Positions 1 through 10,100 of a DNA stretch of 64,000 nucleotides are shown one piece after another (position 1 is the first letter of the stretch; each line of letters begins with the position of its first letter). This DNA comes from Scyliorhinus canicula (Eukaryota): NCBI RefSeq assembly GCF_902713615.1, contig NC_052153.1, positions 28,225,323 through 28,289,322 of the forward strand. Direction: 5' to 3'. Made by a program: the position numbers and the translations under genes. The notes below the pieces were generated by a model that was given only the letters and a program-made list of their open reading frames with translations, was not told the origin of the DNA and made no database searches.

Positions 1-544
1 GCTCTGCACCCGTGCCAACTTAATTGGTGTCTAACGTTCTGGCTTACGGGCCCTAACACTACGCCTAGGTGGTTCCCCAAACGGTACAGCAGGAGTGGAG
101 GCAGACTGCTGTGACTCCAGCCCTGCGATGAAGGTCCCCTTTGGCACACATCTCCTGGGGTGGCGGGGCCTGGATGGGCCCGTCTGCTCCACAAGGGTCC
201 CAGGTTGCGTATTGCCGCCCTGTTCTGCCCGCTGCCCACCAGCTGCACCAGGGACAGGAGGGGGGAGGCCGAGGTGCTGCAGTGTTCCGGGTTTGCCCCT
301 GCTGGAGTCACTGGCACGGGCCGCAGCAACCCTTCCTCCATCTGGGTGCCCGATGGCCCCAGGGCTTCTCCATGGGATGGTGGTGCGAACGGAGCCATCC
401 CCCCCCCCCCCCCCCCCCCCCCGACACCTGGCACTGCCAGTCCTGGAGGCCCACTCTGGTGTCGACCAGGGTCTGAACGTTCGCGGCCATGGAGCACAGA
501 GAGTGGGCGACCACCCTCTGCATTCGTGCGATGCCGGCCAGCAC

Positions 545-1174
545 CTGGGCAATGCCGCCGATGCTCTCAGCAATGGGCTGCTGTGGCTGGGCAATGCCGC
601 CGATGCTCTCAGCAATGGGCTGCTGTGGCTGGGCAATGCCGCCGATGCTCTCAGCAATGGGCTGCTGTGACTGGGCAATGCCGCCGATGCTCTCAGCAAT
701 GGGCTGCTGTGACTGGGCAATGCCGCCGATGCTCTCAGCAATGTGCTGCTGTGACTGGGCAATGCTGCCGATGCTCTCAGCAATGGGCTGCTGTGACTGG
801 GCAATGCCGCCAATGCTCTCAGCAATGGGCTGCTGTGACTGGGCAATGCTGCCGATGCTCTCAGCAATGGGCTGCTGTGACTGGGCAATGCTGCCGATGC
901 TCTCAGCAATGGGCTGCTGTGACTGGGCAATGCTGCCGATGCTCTCAGCAATGGGCTGCTGTGACTGGGCAATGCTGCCGATGCTCTCAGCAATGGCCTA
1001 CTGTGACAGGGCAATGCTGCCGATGCTCTCAGCAATGGGCTGCTGTGACTGGGCAATGCTGCCGATGCTCTCAGCAATGGGCTGCTGTGACTGGGCAATG
1101 CTGCCGATGCTCTCAGCAATGGGCTGCTGTGACTGGGCAATGCCGCCGATGCTCTCAGCAATGGCCTACTGTGA
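545..1174. repeat. Tandem array of 15 x 42-bp units (CTGGGCAATGCYGCCGATGCTCTCAGCAATGGGCTGCTGTGA)
   Basis: Unit starts at 545, 587, 629 ... 1133 with an exact 42-bp period. The minus-strand coding frame is SQQPIAESIGGIAQ. Confidence 0.97.
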
Positions 1175-1759
1175 CAGGGCCACTCTGAGGAGCTCCGCTG
1201 CAACCTCCAGGTGGCTCTGGCACATGGTTGCCTGTGGGTGGGCAGTCCTGACCTGGGCCTCGACTCCCATCTGCACAGAATGCCCCAGGCCTTGCATACA
1301 TTGACCTACGTCTAACACTGCCGCACCCATTGTCTCCACCGTGGATGCCACCCGTGTGGTTTTGGCCTACGTGGCACGCATGACGTGCACCATACCCTGC
1401 TCCTGCACGTGGATGGACACCTTCACATGTATCTGCAGGTTCTGGAAGCTGGCTGTCATCTCCTCCTTTATTCCCGGGGTCTCTGACTGCACCTGCACAA
1501 TGGGTGCGATTGGATGTTCCAGAACCCCAGGGCCTGTCTGACAGTAGTTGGTTGCTGGGGCCAGGCTGCCCTCTGACCGTCCGGCCCCTCGGTTGTTCCT
1601 ACCTCCACCTGCTGTACCAGAACGACTGTGTGGTGCTCACCAGTGTGTGTCTCAGGAGCCTCTTCACGAATTTGCACAACCGAGGTGATCATCTCTGAGA
1701 TAGTGGAGGGTGTTGGAGACAGCTATGACAGAAAGTCAGTGTCTTCCACCGACCCAAAC

Positions 1760-2020
1760 CCCTGGGTCTCCTGGGATGTGGTCTCCTAGGACGTGGTGTC
1801 CTGGGTCAGGGTCTCCTGGGTCGTGGTCTCCTGGGCCGTGGTGTCCTGGGTCAGGGTCTCCTGGGTCGTGGTCTCCTGGGCCGTGGTGTCCTGGGTCGGG
1901 GTCTCCTGGGTCGTGGTGTACTGTGTCGTGGTGTTCTGGGTCATGGGGTCTCCTGGGTCGTGGTCTCCTGGGTCATGGGGTCCTGGGTCATGGGGTCCTG
2001 GGTCATGGGGTCCTGGGTTG
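1760..2020. repeat. Tandem ~15-bp repeat (CCTGGGTCGTGGTST-like), about 16 copies
   Basis: CCTGGG recurs every ~15 bp inside Harbinger exon 3. Confidence 0.9.
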
Positions 2021-3479
2021 TCTCAGGCAGAGGGCTGGTGTTCCGGCTGCTCTCCCCGTCAGTGCTCGGCTGTCTGGGGGGCACCGGCTTTGGCACTCAC
2101 TCGGGGCGGATAGGCCCCAGATGGGCTGGGCCCATCTCCGCCTGGTCCTTTAAGACACAAGACGGTATGTATGGTTAGGCAGCCAGACAGGGGTGAGGTG
2201 TGAGCTGGTGAGGGCTGGGGTGAGGGGTGTGGGGTGTGGCGAGCCGCCAACCTCCGCATCGGCGACCTCCCTCCCTTCCGGCCTCCCGACAATGTCTAGT
2301 GCCCTCTGCTCGGGAACGGTGAGGGGAAGCACGTCTGGTGGTTCCCCCTCCGGTCTTCTCCTGCTCCCAGCAGTTGTGCGTAGCCTTGTCCGGGGGGGGG
2401 GGGGGGGGGGGGGGGTGCAAACACAGCAGCAACAATGTAAGATGGCCCGATGCATACAGCTCAGGGGTTGGGTATCTGCCCATTGTGGCTGCCATGGGTG
2501 CAGCCATGCGGGGCAGGGTGGGGGTCCGACAGTCTCCCTGGGGTGGGGGGGGGGGGGCTCGTTCACATGTGTGTGGGCATGTGGGGGGGCTCGGTCACAT
2601 GTGTGTGGGGGAGTAGGGGGGGTAGTGCCAGGGGCATAGCACTGGGTAATCAACCTGGCTGCCCTGAGGAGTCGTACAGTTTTCTTCTGCACTGGTCTCC
2701 AGTCAAGGCCACCACCCCGACAGCCCTGACGGCAGCTCCCACCTCCGCCCAGGCACGGCGAACTATGGCGCCTGCTGACCTCCATCCCTGCCCGGGCTAC
2801 AGCACCAGCCTCCTCTCCTCCATGGAGTCAAGGAGGGTCTCGAGTTCAGTGTCCCGGAATCGCGCGCTGCCCTCCTTGTGGCCACGGTTGTGAGTGTGAG
2901 GGGGAGAATGGATTATGTGCAGCCGCAGCGGGGCGTCAATCACAGAACCAGCGAATCGGCAACCGGTCCGTTAACAGAGTGTTCAGTTTCATGATATGTC
3001 CGTGCTAGCCCCTTTGCAGTCTGTGAATAGCTTCCCCTGTGGACCCAATCACGGCATCATGAAACTCCACCGTTTTCACAACGGCGTCAACCCTTAGTCT
3101 CCAGAATGGAGAATTCAGCCCCTGTTCTTTGACCAATAGGTTTCATTAAAAAATACATGAGCTGGTTATTACTGTTAGTCCCTGAGAGGCACTGTTTCAA
3201 TAAACATGAGCAGTGCATCTAACTAACTTAATTTAGCAATATACTTTGATGCTTCAACATTTATACCAAATTGCCTTAAAACTCTGAATTTGATTATATT
3301 TCTGTTGTAATCCACACGGGTCTTACGGATGATAACTATCCTGTGGATCTTGAAGAATAGGAGCTCCCGCAAAAGGGCGCAGAGGATCATTAACAATCTC
3401 TGGTTATGTACAAATAGAGTCGGCCAGTAAGGCACCGACTAGAGAGGCCCAGTACGGAACTACTGGAGCTGTATATAAT

Positions 3480-3938
3480 TAGTTTTCGTTGGAGAGAAGA
3501 AGGTTAAGAAAATTAGTTTTCGTTAGAGAGAAGAAGGTTAAGAAAATTAGTTTTCGTTAGAGAGAAGAAGGTTAAGAGGTGACTTAATAGAGGCATACAA
3601 AATGATCAGAGGGTTAGATAGGGTGGACAGCGAGAGCCTTCTCCCGCGGATGGAGGTGGCTAGCACGAGGGGACATAGCCTTAAATTGAGGGGGTAATAG
3701 ATATAGGACAGAGGTCAGAGGTGGGTTTTTTACGCAGAGTGGTGAGGCCGTGGAATGCCCTACCTGCAACAGTAGTGAACTCGCCAACATTGAGGGCATT
3801 TAAAAGTTTATTGGATAAGCATATGGATGATAAGGGCATAGTGTAGGTTAGATGGCCTTTAGTTTTTTTTTCCATGTCGGTGCAACATCGAGGGCCGAAG
3901 GGCCTGTACTGCGCTGTATCGTTCTATGTTCTATGTTC
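3480..3938 (+). mobile_element. 5'-truncated CR1/HER1-type LINE 3' end inserted in the 5' LTR
   Basis: RT C-terminal/3'UTR sequence (FSLERRRLRGDLIEAYKMIRGLDRVD), (TTCTATG)n tail, and TATAAT on both sides (3474-3479, 3939-3944). Confidence 0.9.
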
Positions 3939-5597
3939 TATAATAGTAGTGTAAAATAATGTAAGTTTTTGTTTCAACAGACTTGGTATGGATTCTTCTG
4001 GACCCTTATAAAACTAGCGACGAGGATATAAAACTGGATAGCTTTTGACATTGCTGAGCTACCACCAATCTCTATTGAATACACGATGGAAAATATCTTT
4101 CATCATGCCTCTTTTTGGATGTTTGGACGTGTTTAATGCCGGACTGGAAGATTGCAATAAGTCCGCACAGAGGACTAACAATATCGCAGAGAACGACCAT
4201 CAGGTATTCATCTCACTAACTGCCTGTGGTGTGCATATGTTCGGAATGATGCGGAACCTTACATACCCAGATGCGAAGGCTTTCGATGAGCTTGCAGCTT
4301 TCGTGGTGCAGCACTTTAACACGACCCGTACGTTATAGTGCACAGTACCGGTTTAATACCATTGAAAGGGCCCTGGGAGAGGCTGCAGCCAAGTTTTTGT
4401 CGAGATTACCTAAAATTGTCGAAGTCTGTGAATATGGCACCACCCTATCTGAAATTCCACGTGACCACTTGGTTTGCGGCATTAACAATGCGGCCTCTCA
4501 GCAGAAACTGCTAGCCGAGCCTTCCTTGACCTTGTAAAATGCCATTCAAATGATGCTGTCCTGAGAAAGTGTAGAATGAGGGGTGCAGGAGATATAGGGG
4601 ATGGAGGTGGTTTTCCCTAGGGCTCGCCCCCTCCCATCAAGGGACCTCACCCCGAACTGCTGCCTTACCTTGCCGTAATAGCCTGTCCCAGTGGCCGAAG
4701 GAAGAGCCTTCTTGGCGGGAGACTTTCCCAGAGTCTATATGAGGGGATCCCGGATGATGTGGGGTCTGGGGTTTCCGACCCCTTGTGAGAACATTGGTCA
4801 CGAGTGAACCAGAGGTCCAGACACCTCGGTAGAGGAAGATGTCAGCCCAGAGCCTGTACTTTCCATTTAAACGAGCTGATGAGGACGATGACTGCATACA
4901 GTTGCATTGTGTGGCAGCCACCCTAGTGGCCCCCATTAAGGCTGTGGTGCTGGTCAATGAGCACCTGCTCGATATGGAGTTGGATCCTGGCACAGCGGTC
5001 TCCTTGGTCGGAGAGAGAATGTTTGACCGCATGAAGCTGGGGTTCAGACCCTAGATTTAATGGACACCTGGGCCAGATTGGCTTCCTATATGGATGAGTT
5101 ATCGCAGGTAGTACCATGACCTTGGCGACCTATGGCTGCCAGTCGGTGTGCCTCCCGCTCATTGTGGTAAAGGGCCTGCTGGGCTGTGATTGGTTGAGCC
5201 ATCTGCAGCTGCACTGGCAGCACATCCTCCAGATGGGATCTGGTGGACTGGGCGAGGTGTTGGGAAAATACCCCAAAGTGTTTCAACACGGACTGGGGAA
5301 GAGCAAAGAGGTGGTAGCACACTTGCAGGTTGACCCGGGAGCCTCACCGTGATAGTTCCGGCCATGCTTTGATGTAAACGGTGGTAACAGAGCTCAGTCA
5401 TTTGAAGTCCTTGGGTATCATTCAGCCTGTCCAATTCACTGATTCGGCAGCGCCGCTGGTACTGGTCATGAAGCAGGACAAAACTTTTCTTTTATGTGGA
5501 GATTACATATTGAAAGTAAACAAGGTTTTGTGGCTGGACTGCTATCCCATGCCCCACATTGAGGATCTCTGCGTGAAGCTTGCGGGTGGGTATTTGT

Positions 5598-5700
5598 TCA
5601 GGGTCCCAGGTTCGATTCCCGGCTTGGGTCACTGTCTGTGCGGAGTCTGCACGTTCTCCCTGTGTCTGCATGGGTTTCCTCCGGATGCTCCGGTTTCCTC
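5598..5700 (+). mobile_element. HE1-type SINE fragment at the pol deletion junction of the Gypsy element
   Basis: CAGGGTCCCAGGTTCGATTCCCGGCTTGGGTCACTGTCTGTGCGGAG matches the full SINEs at 23648 and 41057. Confidence 0.85.
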
Positions 5701-6339
5701 GAGCCTATTCGGGTTAATGGAGGGAGAATTCTTGTGATGCCACAGCTACCCGTGACGGGATCCCAAGGGGGGTCAGGATACCGAGATGTCCGTGGTCGAG
5801 GAAAAGGATTCGGAAATGGGAACTCAAGTGTCAGAAGTCTCCGACACAGAGCACACAGTACAGCCGCCACTAGTGGAACAGCCACCATGCCATCGTTCTC
5901 CTTTCAGATTCACGCCATCTGACCCGGCATCTCAGATGTGCGATGCTCTCCTTTCCCGCAAGATTCTTCATACGTTGTTGGGGAGCAACATTATAACCCG
6001 CACAGGCCTTACAGGGTAGTGATGATTAATTACCCGATGGACCTTGAAGATAACGAGCTCCCCCAGTAAGGGGGTGAGGGACCGTTAACAATCTTTGGTT
6101 ACGTACAAATAGAGTCGGCCTGTAAGGCACTGACGAGAGAAGATACAATAAGGATCTACTGGAGTTGTGTATAATAGTAGTGTAAAATAAAGTAAGTTTT
6201 TATTTCAACAAACTCTGTGTGGATTCTTCGTGGACCTTACAAAACTTTCATTTTTGGAATTTTGCTGTAGAAAAAATATAACACTAGGATAGTAACAAGT
6301 ACCTGGTTTTAACTCCGTTCAGCCTCTATCGCTTAATCA

Positions 6340-7185
6340 TTTCAAACTAACCACAGACAAATATTACTTATTAAATGTTTCGTTTCCATCCCAACTGAAC
6401 TGTAAAATGGCGGTGTCCCAGTATGAGCATCTGTGTTACTGTTAATTATGACGAAAGTGTTGTATATTTCGACTAACAGTCCAAAAGAAATAAATTGTTG
6501 CAGCACATGGTTTTGATGCAGGATCAACAGAGGTTGAATAGGTCTTCACTGAACAAGGTTTGGCACCAGACTCCCAAAAGCCTGTGAAGTAGCTGATGAT
6601 GTCACACATGTCATGTGGCTCTATTCTTAAAGAGACATGGCACACAATTCCAATAACCACATGTGTAACATCCCTCCCCCTTTACTTATAAGGTCCAGCA
6701 CAACTAATAACTAGTATTTTTAACATTGTAATTTAGATCTATATCTAAGTGCAGGCGTCATATTATTACAATGTAATAACAGTCAATAAAATAAATAATC
6801 AGGTGAGTGACTATTTCTTGCTGGTTACCTGTGCATTTCCAGGGCTTTGTCATTCTCGATCTTGGATATATTTTCAGGTTCTCCAGTAGAAGTCTCTACC
6901 CTTGAAGGGTAACGGTCTCTTTTCCCAAGGGAAGACGAGCAGCAGCAAAAGGAATGGCGACTGTTACTCCTTGAGGTAGTCTGGCACACAAAGTTTATGT
7001 TGACAATAATCGATCCGCCTGGCATCTCCAGACGAGTTTGTCTGTCATTTGGACCATGGAGGACATTGGACCAGTCTGAGCCAAGGGTGAATCAAAGGTA
7101 GTCTTCAGCTTCATTTTCATCATTAGCAATGCTGGTGAACATTGTGAAGTTGGATGTGTCATATTTTGACAGTTTGCTATTGAGA
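6340..7185 (-). mobile_element. Gypsy remnant: integrase C-terminal region, PPT and 3' LTR
   Basis: The minus strand reads HPTSQCSPALLMMKMKLKTTFD..LAQTGPMSSMVQMTDKLVWRCQADRLL (compare integrase tail at 22157). PPT AAAGGGGGAGGGA (6683-6671) is followed by TGTTAC. The left LTR boundary is uncertain. Confidence 0.7.
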
Positions 7186-10100
7186 AGGTTGGCTGGTGTG
7201 TGTTGCGAAGGTCGGTTGGTGTGGGTTACGAACGTCAGCTGGTTTGTGTCGAGAAGGTCGGCCGGCGTGGGTTGAGAAGGTCGGCCGGTGTGGGTTGCGA
7301 AGGTCAGCCGGTGTGGGTTGAGAAGGCCGGGTGCTGTGGGTTACGAACGTCAACTGATTTGTGTCGAGAAGGTCGGCCGGCGTGGATTGTGAAGGTCAGC
7401 TGGTGTGAATTGACAAGATCGGCCGGTGTGGGTTGCGAAGGTCAACTGGTTTGTGTCGAGAAGGTTGGCCGCTGCGGGTTGAGAAGGTCGGTCAGTGTGG
7501 GTTAAGAAGGTCGGTCGGTGTGGGTTGAGAAGGTCAGTCGGTGTGCGTTGAGAAGGTCGGTCAGTGTGGGTTGAGAAGGTCGGTCGGTGTGGGTTGAGAA
7601 GGTCGGTCGGTGTGGGTTGAGAAGGTCAGTCGGTGTGCGTTGAGAAGGTCGGTCAGTGTGGGTTGAGAAGGTCAGTCGGTTTGCGTTGAGAAGGTCAGTC
7701 GGTGTGCGTTGAGAAGGTCGGTCAGTGTGGGTTGAGAAGGTCGGTCGGTGTGGGTTGAGAAGGTCGGTCGGTGTTGGTTGAGAAGGTTGGTCGGTGTTGA
7801 TTGAGAAGGTCGGTCGGTGTGGGTTGAGAAGGTCGGTCGGTATTGGTTGTGAAGGTCAGCTAGTGTGGGTTGAGAAGGTCGGTCGGTGTGGATTGACAAG
7901 GTCAGTCAGCGTGGGTTGAGAAGATCGGTCGGTGTGGGTTGAGAAGGTCAGCCGGTGTGTGTTGACAAGGTCAGTCGGTGTGGGTTGAGAAGGTTGGTCA
8001 GTGTGTGTTGAGAAGGTCGGTCGGTGTGGGTTGAGAAGGTCAGTCGTGTGTGTTGAGAAGGTCGGTCGGTGTGGGTTGAGAAGGTCAGTCGGTGTGGATT
8101 GAGAAGGTCAGTCGGTGTGGGTTGAGAAGATCGGTCGGTGTGGATTGAGAAGGTCAGTCGGTGTGGGTTGAGAAGATCGGTCGGTGTGGGTTGAGAAGGT
8201 CAGCCGGTGTGTGTTGACAAGGTCAGTCGGTGTGGGTTGAGAAGGTCGGTCGGTGTGGGTTGCGAAGGTCAGCCGGTGTGGGTTGAGAAGGCCGGGTGCT
8301 GTGGGTTACGAACGTCAACTGATTTGTGTCGAGAAGGTCGGCCGGCGTGGATTGTCAAGGTCAGCTGGTGTGGATTGACAAGATCGGCCGGTGTGGGTTG
8401 CGAAGGTCAACTGGTTTGTGTCGAGAAGGTTGGCCGCTGCGGGTTGAGAAGGTCGGTCAGTGTGGGTTGAGAAGGTTGGTCGGTGTGGGTTGAGAAGGTC
8501 AGTCGGTGTGCGTTGAGAAGGTCGGTCAGTGTGGGTTGAGAAGGTCGGTCGGTGTGGGTTGAGAAGGTCGGTCAGTGTGGGTTGAGAAGGTCGGTCGGTT
8601 TGGGTTGAGAAGGTCAGTCGGTGTGGGTTGAGAAGGTCGGTCGGTGTGGGTTGAGAAGGTTGGCCGCTGTGCGTTGAGAAGGTCGGTCAGTGTGGGTTGA
8701 GAAGGTCGGTCGGTGTGGGTTGAGAAGGTCGGTCGGTGTTGGGTGAGAAGGTTGGTCGGTGTTGATTGAGAAGGTCGGTAGGTGTGGGTTGAGAAGGTCG
8801 GTCGGTATTGGTTGTGAAGGTCAGCTAGTGTGGGTTGAGAAGGTCGGTCGGTGTGGGTTGAGAAGGTCGGTCGGTGTGGGTTGAGAAGGTCGGTCGGTGT
8901 TGGTTGAGAAGGTCAGTCGGTGTGGGTTGAGAAGGTCGGTCGGTGTGGGTTGAGAAGGTCGGTCGGTGTTGGTTGAGAAGGTCGGTCGGTGTTGGTTGAG
9001 AAGGTCGGTCGGTGTGGGTTGAGAAGGTCGGTCGGTGTGGGTTGAGAAGGTCGGTCGGTGTTGGTTGAGAAGGTCGGTCGGTGTTGGTTGAGAAGGTCGG
9101 TCGGTGTGGGTTGATAAGGTCGGTCGATCTTGATTGAGAAAGTCGGTCGGTGTTGGTTGAGAAGGTCAGTCGGTGTGGGTTGAGAAGGTCAGTCGGTGTG
9201 GGTTGAGAAGGTCGGTCGGTGTTGGTTGAGAAGGTCAGTCGGTGTGGGTTGAGAAGGTCGGTCGGTGTGGGTTGAGAAGGTTGGCCGCTGTGCGTTGAGA
9301 AGGTTGGTCGGTGTGGGTTGAGAAGGTCAGTCGGTGTGGGTTGAGTAGGTCGGTCGGTGTGGGTTGAGAAGGTCGGTCGGTGTGTGTTGAGGTCAGTCGG
9401 TGTTGGTTGAGAAGGTCAGTCGGTGTGGGTTGAGAAGGTCAGTCGGTGTTGGTTGAGAAGGTCAGTTGGTGTGGGTTGAGAAGGTCAGTCGGTGCTGGTT
9501 GTGAAGGTCAGTCGGTGTGGGTTGAGAAGATCAGTTGGTGTGGGTTGAGAAGGTCGGTCGGTGTGGGTTGAGAAGGTCGGTCGGTGTGGGTTGAGAAGGT
9601 CGGTCGGTGTGGGTTGAGAAGGTTGGCCGCTGTGCGTTGAGAAGGTCGGTCGGTGTGGGTGGAGAAGGTCAGTCGTTGTGGGTTGAGAAGGTCGGTCGGT
9701 GTGGGTTGAGAAGGTCGGTCGGTGTGTGTTGAGGTCAGTCGGTGTTGGTTGAGAAGGTCAGTCGGTGTGGGTTGAGAAGGTCAGTCGGTGTTGGTTGAGA
9801 AGGTCAGTTGGTGTGGGTTGAGAAGGTCAGTCGGTGTTGGTTGTGAAGGTCAGTCGGTGTGGGTTGAGAAGGTCAGTCGGTGTGGGTTGAGAAGGTCGGT
9901 CGGTGTGGGTTGAGAAGGTCGGTCGGTGTGGGTTGAGAAGGTCAGTCGGTGTGGGTTGAGAAGGTCAGTCGGTGTGGGTTGAGAAGGTCGGTGTGGGTTG
10001 AGAAGGTCAGTCGGTGTTGGTTGAGAAGGTCAGTTGGTGTGGGTTGAGAAGGTCAGTCGGTGTGGGTTGCGAAGGTCAGCCAATGTGGGTTGTGAAGGTC

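Larger units (their letters stand above)
60..2885 (-). pseudogene. Decayed three-exon Myb/SANT-like DNA-binding protein gene (Harbinger ORF2)
   Basis: Exon 1 (~2885-2650) reads RFRDTELETLLDSMEERRLVL*PG..IVRRAWAEVGAAVRAV..TGDQCRRKLYD. Exon 2 (~2390-2235) has KATHN..TGGG..VLPLTVPEQRALDIVG. Exon 3 starts at 2147 after TTAAAG. In-frame stops and frameshifts are present. Confidence 0.8.
1..3121 (-). mobile_element. Harbinger/PIF DNA transposon, right part (Myb/SANT ORF side); continues beyond the window start
   Basis: Ends in GGAGAATTCAGCCC (3108-3121), the reverse complement of the GGGC(T/G)GGATTCTCC terminus seen on other elements here. Colinear with the element at 35110-37500 (e.g. 1-80 vs 35111-35195). 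The minus strand encodes a Myb/SANT-like domain. Confidence 0.85.
3303..6244 (+). mobile_element. Old, internally deleted Ty3/Gypsy LTR retrotransposon
   Basis: Diverged LTR pair 3303-4013 (contains a CR1 insert) and 5989-6244. PBS-like CTAGCGACGAGG at 4014; near-TSD ATTTC/CTTTC. Gag remnant MPLFGCLDVF..LTACG..RDHLVCGINN, protease-like MELDPGTAVSL, and RT start LGIIQPVQFTDSAAPLVLVMK..CGDY..YPMPHIEDL. Confidence 0.85.

Noticed and set aside
160-1304. Cys-rich ORFs (GQCCRCSQQWAAVT and WAMLPMLSAMGCCD repeats) resembling metallothionein or keratin-associated proteins, and the 390-aa minus-strand ORF
   Set aside because: They are alternative frames of the 42-bp repeat. The frame homologous to the related Harbinger protein is SQQPIAESIGGIAQ.
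6825-7025. Minus-strand ORF ending at an apparent splice donor (CAG|GTAACC) as a host exon
   Set aside because: It lies in the tail of a Gypsy integrase remnant, just upstream of a PPT and LTR.
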